Origin: a virus | Lineage: Duplodnaviria > Caudoviricetes | Reading direction: 5' to 3' (one strand) | DNA length: 64,000 bases | IMG/VR virus record: IMGVR_UViG_3300032324_000909 | Coordinates: 1-64,000 of that record | Shown here: positions 25,685-36,524 of the stretch, piece after piece | Layout of the letters: each line of letters begins with the position of its first letter | Numbering within the stretch: position 1 is the first letter of the stretch | Translations under genes and position numbers: made by a program | The notes under the pieces: model-generated | What the model saw: only the letters and a program-made list of their open reading frames with translations | Databases searched by the model: none | Told to the model about the DNA's origin: nothing

Positions 25685-25957
25685 ATGCAAGCAGAAGTCA
25701 CTAAAATCTGCGGTCTTTGTCGGACGGAAATACCCGTAATTTGTTTTAGTATTAACCGCAAGAGCAGGGATGGTTTTCACGCTTGGTGTAAAACCTGTTG
25801 CCGCAAGGTAGAGCGCGAAAGGTACGAAATAATAAAAAAGGATCGTATTGCCGAAGTCAGAGAGTGGCAAAAGAATAATTTAAACAAGGTTAGTGAGTAC
25901 AAAAAAAATTGGCGAGCCAAACAAGAGCCTGACTCGCCAACCAAAGATTCGGTTTAG
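25685..25957 (+). CDS. C4 zinc-finger protein (HNH/EndoVII N-terminal-like)
   Basis: CGLC...F...DG...CKTC. Confidence 0.6.
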   Translation: MQAEVTKICGLCRTEIPVICFSINRKSRDGFHAWCKTCCRKVERERYEIIKKDRIAEVREWQKNNLNKVSEYKKNWRAKQEPDSPTKDSV

Positions 25958-25963
25958 TATTAC

Positions 25964-26413
25964 TTACCCAACCTGTACTTTAATTTTTCTTAATTTCGCC
26001 GCTTCTAATTTACTTGCGGATACGTAAAGAACGCCGTGGTCAAGTTTGGCCGCAATGGTTTTCGCATCTAAAAAGTCAGGAAAACTTTCAGAAGAATAGA
26101 ATTTTAAACTATCCTGTTCGGCGGACACATGTAGTACGCCATTATCTATGGATACATTAATATTCTCAGATTTAAACCTTGGAAGTTCAATTTCAAGTTT
26201 GAATTTATCCTGATTGGTCTCGTCTTGCTTCCACTTATTCAACAGCTTAGAGTTGAATGATGGGCTGGTGACCGCGTCGAAGTCGTCCCAAATTCCCGAC
26301 CATTTACTGGACCATATGTCAAGTATATTAAATGGATCATAGGACGTGTTGATATTTCCAACTGTATAATTGGGCATGTTTACTATTTTTTTAGGTACTA
26401 GTGTTATATTCAT
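25964..26413 (-). CDS. small heat-shock protein (Hsp20)
   Basis: LEIELPRF..ENINVSIDNGVLHVS...AKLDHGVLYVS. Confidence 0.85.
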   Translation of the reverse strand: MNITLVPKKIVNMPNYTVGNINTSYDPFNILDIWSSKWSGIWDDFDAVTSPSFNSKLLNKWKQDETNQDKFKLEIELPRFKSENINVSIDNGVLHVSAEQDSLKFYSSESFPDFLDAKTIAAKLDHGVLYVSASKLEAAKLRKIKVQVG

Positions 26414-26488
26414 ATTGTTGTAATTTTTGTTACAATATTGAGACAAAACTTTTGTTGGAATGTTCAAAAAAACTTTGTAATATATAGT

Positions 26489-27166
26489 GTGAAAGAATAT
26501 GAGTATTTAATTGTTTCAGATTTACACCTTACGAGTTTGGTTTGTCAACATGATAAGTTTGAATGGGTTATAAAAAATATTCCGGCTAAAAATATTATAC
26601 TAAATGGTGATATAATAGATGTAAACCATACAAAAAGATTAGGCAAAAAAGATTGGCACCTGTTATCGAGTTTACGAAAACTAACTAAAAATAGCAAGTG
26701 TTACTGGAATGCCGGTAATCATGATGAAGATGTTTCAAAGATACTGTCTGAATTCATAGGATATGAGCACTCAAGGGAAGTTAGGATTAATGTTAATAAT
26801 AATAAAATTATTGTAACTCATGGCGACCAATTTGATAGTTTCATAGGAGATCATCCTATATTAACACATATAGCGGGCGGAATATATTACTGGTTACAGG
26901 CAATAGACCCAAAAGAACAGCGTGTGCCGGGTTTTTTCAAAAAGCGTAGCAAGAATTGGATACATGCCGCCAGTAGAGTGCGGCAAAATGCAATTAAGTG
27001 GGCAAAAAATCAAAATTATAATTCAATTATTTGTTCACATGTTCATCAGCACGAACACACAAATGTTGAAGATATCACCTATGCCAATACCGGATGTTTT
27101 ACCTATGCGGAATGTTCTTACATTACAATAGATAATTTAGGTAAAATTACATTACATAAAGTGTAA
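26489..27166 (+). CDS. calcineurin-like metallophosphoesterase (LpxH-like)
   Basis: SDLH, GDIID, GNHD, HGD, HVH; GTG start re-called. Confidence 0.8.
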   Translation: MKEYEYLIVSDLHLTSLVCQHDKFEWVIKNIPAKNIILNGDIIDVNHTKRLGKKDWHLLSSLRKLTKNSKCYWNAGNHDEDVSKILSEFIGYEHSREVRINVNNNKIIVTHGDQFDSFIGDHPILTHIAGGIYYWLQAIDPKEQRVPGFFKKRSKNWIHAASRVRQNAIKWAKNQNYNSIICSHVHQHEHTNVEDITYANTGCFTYAECSYITIDNLGKITLHKV

Positions 27167-27304
27167 TATATATAGTAGTGAATATATTGGCCTCCCATAG
27201 TTCGGGAATAGATTTTCAAGTGGCCAAAACTGTCTTCAGACACTTTTTCAAAACTTCGCCCCATAAATTCTCACGTTCGAGAATTTGTTCCTACAAAAAT
27301 TTTT

Positions 27305-28039
27305 ATGAAAAATAAAACAGATAAAAACAAAAAAGATACTTCTCCTTATGTTGACAAGAAAAGAACAAAAGTAAGTATTGATTTAAGTTTAAGAGAATTA
27401 CCTTGGACTGATAAACAAAAGCAGTTTTTTGAACTAGCAAATGATAAAAATACAAGGGTTATCATAATCAAGGGTGTCGCTGGAACATCCAAAACATTAC
27501 TTGCCACATACATGGCCCTGAAAAAGATAAAGGAAAAAAAGATATCAGAAATTTATTATAGCAGAGTACCTGTCGAGAGTTCAATTCATGGTATCGGATA
27601 TATAAAGGGAACAACAGATGAAAAAATGAGTCCATACATACAGCCATTAATGGACAAATTAAATGAGCTATTACCAGAACCACAAGTCAGGGCATTAACT
27701 AATGACAATCGTTTTATAGGTTTGCCACTAGGGTTCCTACGTGGTTTAAATATTGCAAACGCCGCATTTATTATGGACGAAGCCCAGAACTGCCGCGTGG
27801 AAGACTTCCTACTCGTAATGAGCCGTATGGCTAATTTTTCAAATCTATACATCCTTGGTGATGATCAACAATCAGATATTAAAAACAGCGGTTTTAACCG
27901 TGTTTATAATCTGTTTGATAATGATGTATCAAAACAACATGGTATACATACTTTCCAATTTGGAAAAGAAGATATTGTAAGATCTGAAATTCTTTCGTAT
28001 GTTATTGAAAGCTTTGAGAGCCTTAGACGGGGCGGATAA
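27305..28039 (+). CDS. phoH: PhoH-family ATPase
   Basis: GVAGTSKT, FLRG, DEAQN, GDDQQSD, DIVRS. Confidence 0.9.
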   Translation: MKNKTDKNKKDTSPYVDKKRTKVSIDLSLRELPWTDKQKQFFELANDKNTRVIIIKGVAGTSKTLLATYMALKKIKEKKISEIYYSRVPVESSIHGIGYIKGTTDEKMSPYIQPLMDKLNELLPEPQVRALTNDNRFIGLPLGFLRGLNIANAAFIMDEAQNCRVEDFLLVMSRMANFSNLYILGDDQQSDIKNSGFNRVYNLFDNDVSKQHGIHTFQFGKEDIVRSEILSYVIESFESLRRGG

Positions 28040-28040
28040 G

Positions 28041-28631
28041 TTAACTTGAGTATAGTGTACTTATAGAATTAGGTATTTCTATATAGTTAAGATGCGATTT
28101 TAATAGAACATTTGGGCAGTGATCTGCTATTGCTCTATATTTGGCGCCAGAATTCGGCCAAATGTTATTTACATATAAATAACCATATTTATAGAGAATC
28201 GCGTTAGCAAATTTGGCATACTCTTTAGTACAAAATAGTTTATTATTTTTTATTATTTTAATCGCACGTTTTTCACAGTCTAATTCTAATTTCAATAAAA
28301 TTAAAATCTCTTTCTTAAATTTTTTAGGATTACTTATAACATTTTCAAACGTAAAGTCTTGGTTATCAAACTCTTCCCAAATTTTACTATTCTCATGCCA
28401 TTGTAAAAAATGACAGTACTCATGAATTAATACGCCAACCCATTCTTCTTGTGTTTTGCCGCCAGTTGCTACTTTTATTATAGGTTGTTCTTTACTATTA
28501 AAGTAAAAGATTCCTTCGCACTTGCTATGACCAGCGCAATACTTGCCTTTTTGTATAAAAATTTTACCATCATTTTCAGCCAAATCGTTTTGTATTGTTT
28601 TAAAAATATCCGAACTAGTTAACGAAAGCAT
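28041..28631 (-). CDS. HExxH zinc metallopeptidase-like protein
   Basis: LIHEYCHFLQ...LELDCE. Confidence 0.65.
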   Translation of the reverse strand: MLSLTSSDIFKTIQNDLAENDGKIFIQKGKYCAGHSKCEGIFYFNSKEQPIIKVATGGKTQEEWVGVLIHEYCHFLQWHENSKIWEEFDNQDFTFENVISNPKKFKKEILILLKLELDCEKRAIKIIKNNKLFCTKEYAKFANAILYKYGYLYVNNIWPNSGAKYRAIADHCPNVLLKSHLNYIEIPNSISTLYSS

Positions 28632-28718
28632 TAATATAATATTACACTGCGAATATTAACAAAAGGGCATTCAAAAGAGAATTTAGAATTTTATGTGTAA
28701 TTATTTGATAATAAGTGT

Positions 28719-29258
28719 ATGAAATATTTCTGCTCCTCGTGTGGTAAGCCCACTATATATAATTTAAACATGCCAAAATTTTGTTCGGAATGTGGTGTTA
28801 GCTTTGCGACCAAACCAAATGTTCCCACTAATTTAAAAAAACTTTTTCCGCAAAATAACGTTGCGCCAGCAGAGGCAAAGTCGCCAAGTCCTGAAGAGAA
28901 TGCTCGTATAAATGCTACTCTTGAAAAGATCATGCCGCCACAATATAGGGTAAATATTTTATCCGAAGATACTTCAAGTGAGCAACAGTTCGCTAGTGAT
29001 GATATTGAATATATAGATTCTGAAGATTTTGATACTAGTAAATTTAAATACATAAAGCCACAATTTAAAGTTGAAGCACGAAGGGCCGAGGGAGTTTCTT
29101 TCGAGAATTTATTAACAAATGGTTACGTGAATAATTATAAACCATCAAGTGACTCATTTAATGATAATGCCCCAATTCATAATAGGACAGCTGATGATGT
29201 TCTGAGTGATTTTCAAAAAGAGGCGGGTTCACTTCGTGGTAATAACGGACAGGCTTAA
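28719..29258 (+). CDS. zinc-ribbon protein
   Basis: CSSCG...FCSECG. Confidence 0.7.
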   Translation: MKYFCSSCGKPTIYNLNMPKFCSECGVSFATKPNVPTNLKKLFPQNNVAPAEAKSPSPEENARINATLEKIMPPQYRVNILSEDTSSEQQFASDDIEYIDSEDFDTSKFKYIKPQFKVEARRAEGVSFENLLTNGYVNNYKPSSDSFNDNAPIHNRTADDVLSDFQKEAGSLRGNNGQA

Positions 29259-29269
29259 AATAATTTATT

Positions 29270-29962
29270 ATGACAATAAAGCCTTCATTTGAAGATAGTA
29301 TTGATATTATTGATGAAGAAATTAGTAAACGTAAAAATCGCTGGCACTTAACTGCTATTGCTTGGATGGATTTTCAAGATGTATCACAGAGGCTTAGGAT
29401 TCATATTTATAATAAATGGGATAAATGGGATGACGTAAGGCCATTAAGACCTTGGTTAAATCAAGTAATTAACCATCAGATTACGAACATGTTAAGAAAT
29501 CATTATTCAAATTTTTCACGACCATGTTTAAAATGTCCATACAATACCGGAGACCATAATTGCTCGGTATACGGGACACAGAACAATTCTTGTAAATCTT
29601 ATTCTAAATGGGAAAAAACAAAAAAGAATGCTTATGATATAAAATTTCCAGTAAGCATACATACTCCAAACACACAAAATCCAGAAACAAATTTAGAGTC
29701 TCTTATAGAAAGCAAGGAATCTTATATGGATATCGAAGGAATGATTCCATCATTTAACGATATAATGAAAAAAAACTTGTCGAATATTGAATGGAAATTA
29801 TATGATTTAATGTTTTTACAGCACTTAGAGGAGGCCGCTATAGCAAAAAAAATGGGATATAAATTAAGTTATAAAGATGGCAGGCCAGCTTATAGACAAA
29901 TAAGTAAAATTAAATCTAAAGTTTTACAAAAAGCTAGAGAACTTGCAAAGGAAATACTATGA
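29270..29962 (+). CDS. phage sigma70-family (late) sigma factor with a Cys4 insert
   Basis: region 2 DFQDVSQ..KW..LRPWLNQVINHQITNMLR; region-4-like helix-turn-helix AAIAKKMG. Confidence 0.7.
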   Translation: MTIKPSFEDSIDIIDEEISKRKNRWHLTAIAWMDFQDVSQRLRIHIYNKWDKWDDVRPLRPWLNQVINHQITNMLRNHYSNFSRPCLKCPYNTGDHNCSVYGTQNNSCKSYSKWEKTKKNAYDIKFPVSIHTPNTQNPETNLESLIESKESYMDIEGMIPSFNDIMKKNLSNIEWKLYDLMFLQHLEEAAIAKKMGYKLSYKDGRPAYRQISKIKSKVLQKARELAKEIL

Positions 29963-31077
29963 GCGAAGAGATAACTGATGCAGATTTACTGCCAGAGCAA
30001 AAACAGAGGATAAGAGAATTGGTGGCCAAAAACCCAGATGCAACAATTACTGAGTTAACTGCGTATGCATATCAGGACGATTCTATTGATAGTAGAAGTA
30101 AGGAAGGGCGGAATGTAAAGAAATTTTTACTTGATAATAAAATTACTTATAAAAACAAGTCAGTTACCCAAAGAGAGAGGGTTGAATTAACGGACGAGCA
30201 AAAGGAATTTATTAAAAATAATTATAAAGATCAGCATTATGTTGAATTAGCAAAAACACTATTTACTAATGACAGGTTAACACATGTAACTCTTGAATGT
30301 AGGGAGGTGAATGCTTACATACAGTCTTTGCAAAAGCAAGATCCAGAACATCTGGAAACTATTAATTATAACCCCGATAGGGATGCGGAAACCCCAGTGG
30401 GCGCTTACTTCCCACCCAGAAGGCAAGATCAGGTTCTGTTTAGAATAAATAAATATTTAAATTTAGGTTGGTCACTCGACGTTTTAAAAGCGTCGCAGTT
30501 AAAACAAATTGATGTACTGCAAAGATATTTAAATACTTTTAGTTTTTGTTATCAGATAAATACATATAAAACTTCTGGAGATCGGCAGTTATTTGAAGAT
30601 GCTTTCATAAGATATACGTATGACAAGGAAGCGCTTAGTCAGGAAGAGTTGGATCAGTTTATTGTTCTATGTACTGAAGTAGTTACTGCCGCAAGTGTTT
30701 TACAGCAAGTAGAAGAATTGAGAGAGATGTTAAGAAATAGTAGTGGAGATGGCGAGGGTAGAAATATTAAAATGCAACTTAATGACGCTATAAATAATCT
30801 ACATACAGAATATAACCAATGTAGATCTCGACAGCAAAAATTGTATAAATCCCTTGTTGATGATAGGTCTAAACGCCTACAGCAGCGTAAAGATGAGAAT
30901 GCCAGTATTTTAAATTTAGTACAAGCATGGAAAGATGAGGAAAGAAGAAAGGGTATCATATTACTAGCTGAAGCCCAAAAAGAAAACTTAAAGCAGGAGG
31001 CTGCGAGATTATCTTCCATGGACGAATTAAAGGCGGTTATTCGTGGAATAGATATAAATGACATGGTTAATGGATAA
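29959..31077 (+). CDS. helical hypothetical protein (possible terminase small subunit)
   Basis: position upstream of the terminase; coiled-coil C-terminus. Confidence 0.45.
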   Translation: MSEEITDADLLPEQKQRIRELVAKNPDATITELTAYAYQDDSIDSRSKEGRNVKKFLLDNKITYKNKSVTQRERVELTDEQKEFIKNNYKDQHYVELAKTLFTNDRLTHVTLECREVNAYIQSLQKQDPEHLETINYNPDRDAETPVGAYFPPRRQDQVLFRINKYLNLGWSLDVLKASQLKQIDVLQRYLNTFSFCYQINTYKTSGDRQLFEDAFIRYTYDKEALSQEELDQFIVLCTEVVTAASVLQQVEELREMLRNSSGDGEGRNIKMQLNDAINNLHTEYNQCRSRQQKLYKSLVDDRSKRLQQRKDENASILNLVQAWKDEERRKGIILLAEAQKENLKQEAARLSSMDELKAVIRGIDINDMVNG

Positions 31078-31082
31078 CAATT

Positions 31083-32021
31083 ATGAATAAATATTCTATA
31101 TACTTACAGTGCAAAATTTGCAATAAGAATTTTGAAAATGGGGATGAAATTGTAAAGCACGTAAAAATACACAAAATTACTGCAAAAAAATACTTTACAC
31201 AGTACTACCCAAAATCAGATTTCCTTGATGCGCAAAAAATAGAATATAAATCTTTTGAACAATACTATTTAAATGATTTTATCAATAAAAGAAATTTAAA
31301 AAAATGGCTAAAAGAGTCTGATTCAGAATCTTCGTGCAATTATTTAATATCTAAACTTACCGATTATTGTTTAGTTAAGGGATTAGACTGTATTCCAAGT
31401 CAGTCGCAAATAAAAACAATAGCTTGTTTGCCATCTATTGAAACATTTCATGAGTTTTGTGGAAAATCTTTTTGTGAGATTGCTAGTTCATTGAAATTAA
31501 AATGTAATTTTAATTATAAAGAAAAACATACTATAAAAGACTTAAATAACATATCATTAGATCAAATTGTTGTAGATACTAGAGAGCAAAAACCCTTACA
31601 GTTTAATGATTTAAAAATAATTTCTTCTAAATTAGAATGTGGGGATTACGCTGTATATAAAGATGATAGTTTAGTTATAGAGAGAAAAAGTATAAGTGAC
31701 TTCTTCTCTACATTAAGTGGTGGGTTTGATAGGTTTGTTAGGGAAATAGAAAGAGCTAAAAAACTTGGGATTTATATAGTAGTTTTAATTGAATCACCTC
31801 TAAATACTGCGCTTTATTGCAAAAGAACTTTCGGAATGTGCAGTGGTGACTATATAATGCACCATATGAGAAAAATATGTAGACAATTTGATAATGTTCA
31901 GTTTGTCTTTTGTGATGGCAGGGCAGATTTAACAAAAAAAGTATTATACATTTTAGATATGAAAGAAAAAGCTAAAACTACTGATTTACAATATCTATTT
32001 GATAACGAGGTAAAGCTATGA
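31083..32021 (+). CDS. ERCC4/XPF-family nuclease with N-terminal C2H2 finger
   Basis: VVDTREQ, GDY, IERKS..D; CKIC..HVKIH. Confidence 0.8.
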   Translation: MNKYSIYLQCKICNKNFENGDEIVKHVKIHKITAKKYFTQYYPKSDFLDAQKIEYKSFEQYYLNDFINKRNLKKWLKESDSESSCNYLISKLTDYCLVKGLDCIPSQSQIKTIACLPSIETFHEFCGKSFCEIASSLKLKCNFNYKEKHTIKDLNNISLDQIVVDTREQKPLQFNDLKIISSKLECGDYAVYKDDSLVIERKSISDFFSTLSGGFDRFVREIERAKKLGIYIVVLIESPLNTALYCKRTFGMCSGDYIMHHMRKICRQFDNVQFVFCDGRADLTKKVLYILDMKEKAKTTDLQYLFDNEVKL

Positions 32022-33919
32022 GCTTAATAGTAGGAAGTCAACGCAGTAAAAATCCCACTAACGTTAACGAGGAGTTATTAAAACTTACTGGTGAGCTTAG
32101 TGATGAAGACGCTAGACGGTCACTGGCTAAATTCATGCGCCATAACTTGGGCTTTACCACTGAGTTAGCACTTGGCATTACTTTAGAGTCCTATCAGGAA
32201 TTAACGATAAAATCATTTTTTAATCGTAATTATTGCATGTTGGTTTGGGGTCGTGGTTGCGCAAAAAGTTTTAGTGCAGCTGTTTACTGCGTACTAAAAT
32301 GCATTTTCGAGCCCGGTACTAAAATATTAATCGCGTCAATCAACTTTCGTACAAGTCGAAGACTGTTTAATGAAATTGAGAAATTTTTAGCAAGTCCAGA
32401 GGCATCGTTGGCAAGACAATGTTTTGGTGACAAAATGAAACGTAATGATCAATACGAATGGCTAATCAACGGTGGTAGCATTACTGCTATTCCACTTACT
32501 GGCGAAAAGATTCGCGGTATTCGTGCAAACGTTCTTATTCTTGACGAGTTTCTATTGTTGCCTCCAGATATTATTGATAACGTGCTAATGCCGTTCTTGA
32601 GTTCACCAAGAGATGTTAGTGATAGAATTAGAACTAGAAAGTTAGAAGAAGAACTTATTAAAAAGGGTTTATTGCATCCAGATAATAAACAAATTTTTGA
32701 AAACACTTCTCAAATGCTAGCACTTAGTTCTGCTAGCTATACTTTCGAGCATTTGTTTAGGGTACACGAGCAATGGGCGAATTTAATTGAAAATCCAGAA
32801 GAGCAAGAGGCAAAAGAAGGGGAATTACCCGGTACGTACTTTATATCACAGTTAGGTTATGAGGCATTACCTAATCACATGGTAGATCAGGCTGCAATTC
32901 AATTAGCCAAAAATGGAGGCAGTTCACACAACTCATTCCTTCGAGAATATTGTGCAAGATTTATTGATGGTGGTGATAGTTATTTTTCGCCAAAGAAAAT
33001 GCATGTTTGTACAATACCAGATGGAGAATATCCAACTACAAAAATTATTGGAGATGCTGATAAAAAGTATATACTTGCTATAGATCCTAACTTCTCTTCT
33101 TCTAGAAGCTCTGACTATTTTGCAATGAGCGTTATTGAGCTAGACGAGGAAAAGAAACAGGGAATACTTGTTCATGGGTATCAAGCGGCTGGCAGTTCTT
33201 TACAGGATCATATTAAGTATTTATATTATATATTTAAGAATTTTAATATAACATTCATGATTATTGACCATGCTGGTGCAGATACCTTTATTGATGCTGT
33301 AAATAATTCTCAATATTTTAAAGACATGAACAGGTCTATTAAGTTTATAGATTTTGATTCCGATGCGGAAAATGAAGATTATAGTAAAATGTTAAAAGAG
33401 GCAGCTAGGCAATATAATAAAGATATTGGAGCGATTTGCGTAAAGCAGTATTTCACATCAGCGTTTTTAGGTAGAGCCAACTCTTATTTGCAGACTTGTA
33501 TTGATCATAAAAAAATATGGTTTGCATCTAGAGCTAGTAATCACCCTGAAATTCTAGAAAATATGTTTACTATGAATTTGCCAATGGATTATGTTTATCC
33601 AAGGGGTATTGGAGACCGTGCTGATAATGAATATGAAACAAAAAAATTAACAGTTAGAGAATTTATAGAACAGCAAGACTTTATTGTTAAGGATACAAAA
33701 GACCAGTGTGCCAATGTTGAAGTTACGACCACTTCTAGGGGAACACAAAGCTTTGACCTACCTTCGCACTTAAGAAAGTCAACTAGCGTTAATCGCGCTA
33801 GAAAGGATAATTATACCACACTAATGTTAGGTAATTGGGCTGTAAAATGTTATTTTGATATGATATCTGCAGAAAATAATAAGAAAAAGAACACTGAATT
33901 TGTAGCCGTGCTGATTTAA
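32018..33919 (+). CDS. terL: terminase large subunit
   Basis: GRGCAKS, IRGIRANVLILDEF, LSSA, FLREY, AIDP..DYF, KDNYT. Confidence 0.85.
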   Translation: MSLIVGSQRSKNPTNVNEELLKLTGELSDEDARRSLAKFMRHNLGFTTELALGITLESYQELTIKSFFNRNYCMLVWGRGCAKSFSAAVYCVLKCIFEPGTKILIASINFRTSRRLFNEIEKFLASPEASLARQCFGDKMKRNDQYEWLINGGSITAIPLTGEKIRGIRANVLILDEFLLLPPDIIDNVLMPFLSSPRDVSDRIRTRKLEEELIKKGLLHPDNKQIFENTSQMLALSSASYTFEHLFRVHEQWANLIENPEEQEAKEGELPGTYFISQLGYEALPNHMVDQAAIQLAKNGGSSHNSFLREYCARFIDGGDSYFSPKKMHVCTIPDGEYPTTKIIGDADKKYILAIDPNFSSSRSSDYFAMSVIELDEEKKQGILVHGYQAAGSSLQDHIKYLYYIFKNFNITFMIIDHAGADTFIDAVNNSQYFKDMNRSIKFIDFDSDAENEDYSKMLKEAARQYNKDIGAICVKQYFTSAFLGRANSYLQTCIDHKKIWFASRASNHPEILENMFTMNLPMDYVYPRGIGDRADNEYETKKLTVREFIEQQDFIVKDTKDQCANVEVTTTSRGTQSFDLPSHLRKSTSVNRARKDNYTTLMLGNWAVKCYFDMISAENNKKKNTEFVAVLI

Positions 33920-33955
33920 AACAGATTTTGGTGTAATTAATCTTTATAATAAAAT

Positions 33956-35905
33956 ATGAGCAATAAGGCGAAAAATTTATCTTTTCCAGAACCACAGATA
34001 ATCGAGGGTTCTAGCAATGGTAAGAAAAAAAATATAGAAATCGCGGCCTCTTCTCGTGGTGAAGTGGGTTCCGCCGTTCGTAGAAACGCGGCATCTACTA
34101 TTGCCCGTACTGATAAGTATGCAAATATAGAAGGTGGTGTTATACCATTCGCTTATGGTGGCGGTCTCGGCAAGTACACTTCTACAGTAAGTATTCGTGA
34201 TGCTATCATTCTTTGCCAAAAGGCTTATTATAATTTTTCAATTTTTAGAAATACAATTGACTTAATGACGGATTTTACATGTTCGTCAATATATTTTACT
34301 GGTGGAAACTCGCAATCACTCAAGTTTTTTAAAGCTTGGGGTGAAAGAGTTAACCTATGGAAATTACAAGATATGTTTTTCAGGGAGTTTTTCCGTAGTG
34401 GAAACGTATTTTTATATAAATTAAATGCAGAGTTCAGTAAAGATGATATGATGCAGATCAGCGAAATTCTAGCTGCCCAAAATCAGGATATTCCTATAAG
34501 ATATATAGTATTAAACCCAGCTGATATTCAATCTATTGGTTCGGCATCTTTTGTGAGTCCGCGTTACGTAAAAGTATTAAATGATTTTGAAATACAGGTA
34601 ATGACTAATCCACAAACGGATGAGGATAAGGAATTAGCTCAAAAAATAAAAGAATTCGGAGAAATACGTCAGGGTGGAAAAATGAATCAGGGAAATCAGT
34701 TTCTAATGTTTAATTTAGACCCTAGTCGCGTGAAGGCGGTTTTTTATAAAAAACAAGACTACGAGCCATTTAGTGTACCAATGGGTTTCCCCGTTCTTGA
34801 AGACATCAACTGGAAACAGGAATTAAAAAATATTGACATGGCAATTAGTCGAACCGTACAACAGGCCATCTTATTGGTTACAATGGGTAACGACGAGGTT
34901 GGAATGCCAAGTAAAGAGCAGATAGTAAATTTAAGAAAAATTTTCGAAAATGAAAGTGTGGGTCGTATTTTAGTAACTGATTATACTACTAATATAAAAT
35001 TTGTCATACCAGAAATTGGTCAAATACTAGATCCTAAAAAATATGAAGTTGTTGATAGAGATATTAGATACGGACTAAATAACGTACTAGTTGGTGATGA
35101 AAAATATTCGAATACTAGCACAAAGGTAGAAGTATTTTTGTCTAGATTAAAACATGCTAGAGAGGCGTTTTTAAATCAATTTCTTGTACCAGAAATGAAA
35201 GATATTGGTAAAAAATTAGGATTTAAATCTATACCTACTGCTAGATTTACAGATTCGGATTTTAGAGATGACGCAAATCTTACTCGTATATATACAAGAC
35301 TTGTTGAGTTGGGGGCATTAACTCCAGAGGAAGGAATGACTGCAATTGAAACTGGTAGGCTTCCGTTACCCGAAGAGAGCATTGAGTCTCAGAAAAAATT
35401 TGTAGAACTTCAAGATCAGGGCTTGTATCAGCCACTACTAAATAAGGTGCAACAGACTGGCTCAAGTGGCAAGCCAGAAGAAAAAAAATCTAAAGTAGCC
35501 AATAATATGCCCGGTAGACCAGCGGGTACAGGTACGCCTAAAATTACAAACAGAATAGGTAAAATTGGCGGAAGCAGTGAAGAAAAACAGCAGTCAAAAT
35601 TAAGTGCAAAAAAATTAGCAGAGAATCTAGTTAAATTTGATTCACTTATTTCCAGTATCGAAGACTCCCTCAAGAAGTCTTATAAGAAAAATAAGTTATC
35701 TAAAGAGCAAAAAAATATAATTAAAGAAGTTGCTGAGACCATTGCAACAAATGAAACTCCAGATAAATGGAATGAGAGTATCGCGTCTTATATCAATAAT
35801 CCAGTCAAGGTTACGGATAATATGACTAAGGTTGATGAGATATCTCAAAAACATTCGGTTGATCGTAAAACAGCTATACTTTTACTACACAGCGAAATAG
35901 AATAG
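33956..35905 (+). CDS. portal protein
   Basis: follows terL; FRNTIDLM, FFREFFRSGNVFLY; C-terminal GRP motif. Confidence 0.75.
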   Translation: MSNKAKNLSFPEPQIIEGSSNGKKKNIEIAASSRGEVGSAVRRNAASTIARTDKYANIEGGVIPFAYGGGLGKYTSTVSIRDAIILCQKAYYNFSIFRNTIDLMTDFTCSSIYFTGGNSQSLKFFKAWGERVNLWKLQDMFFREFFRSGNVFLYKLNAEFSKDDMMQISEILAAQNQDIPIRYIVLNPADIQSIGSASFVSPRYVKVLNDFEIQVMTNPQTDEDKELAQKIKEFGEIRQGGKMNQGNQFLMFNLDPSRVKAVFYKKQDYEPFSVPMGFPVLEDINWKQELKNIDMAISRTVQQAILLVTMGNDEVGMPSKEQIVNLRKIFENESVGRILVTDYTTNIKFVIPEIGQILDPKKYEVVDRDIRYGLNNVLVGDEKYSNTSTKVEVFLSRLKHAREAFLNQFLVPEMKDIGKKLGFKSIPTARFTDSDFRDDANLTRIYTRLVELGALTPEEGMTAIETGRLPLPEESIESQKKFVELQDQGLYQPLLNKVQQTGSSGKPEEKKSKVANNMPGRPAGTGTPKITNRIGKIGGSSEEKQQSKLSAKKLAENLVKFDSLISSIEDSLKKSYKKNKLSKEQKNIIKEVAETIATNETPDKWNESIASYINNPVKVTDNMTKVDEISQKHSVDRKTAILLLHSEIE

Positions 35906-35938
35906 TTAAAGTTATTAATATTATGTGTAAATCATAAT

Positions 35939-36523
35939 ATGAGAATAGCATTTAATATATTAATTATATTAAGTATATTTGTACTAAGTGGTTGTACAGT
36001 TTATACCGAAAAGCAAACAGAGGCAGTAAGCCAATCTGTTTATGCTACCAAAGATTCTATTGATTTGGCTAGAATTGATTTAGCTGAAAGTTATATTAAC
36101 GAAACTGTAAAGTTAATTAATCCACCTAAAAAAAGAATTGGAATTAGTGCTATTTATCAAAATCCTATACAGGTAAATGATTCAAAACAGAGAATTGTAA
36201 TTGTTCCAGAGCAGTATAAAAGTGATAAAGTAGTGGTAGTTAACTCCACGGACTATGATAACTTATTAAAGGATAAAGATATTGCTGTTCAATTAAAGAA
36301 AGATAATGAAATTTTAACAAGGGCTAGAAGTGAGTTTGATGCTGAACGTACAAAGCAACAGGAAATGCAAAATAAGATGGTAAGGGATCTTAATGTTATG
36401 CAAAAGAAACTGCTAGAGAAAGACTTAGCTATACTTTGGAGAAATATTATTATTGCAGTTCTTATCGCAGTAATTGGTGGATATATCTATATTAGAATGA
36501 ATAGCGGATTTAGATTATTTTAA
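35939..36523 (+). CDS. unimolecular-spanin-like lipoprotein
   Basis: lipobox LSGC at Cys19 and a C-terminal TM helix; next to holin and endolysin. Confidence 0.65.
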   Translation: MRIAFNILIILSIFVLSGCTVYTEKQTEAVSQSVYATKDSIDLARIDLAESYINETVKLINPPKKRIGISAIYQNPIQVNDSKQRIVIVPEQYKSDKVVVVNSTDYDNLLKDKDIAVQLKKDNEILTRARSEFDAERTKQQEMQNKMVRDLNVMQKKLLEKDLAILWRNIIIAVLIAVIGGYIYIRMNSGFRLF

Positions 36524-36524
36524 T

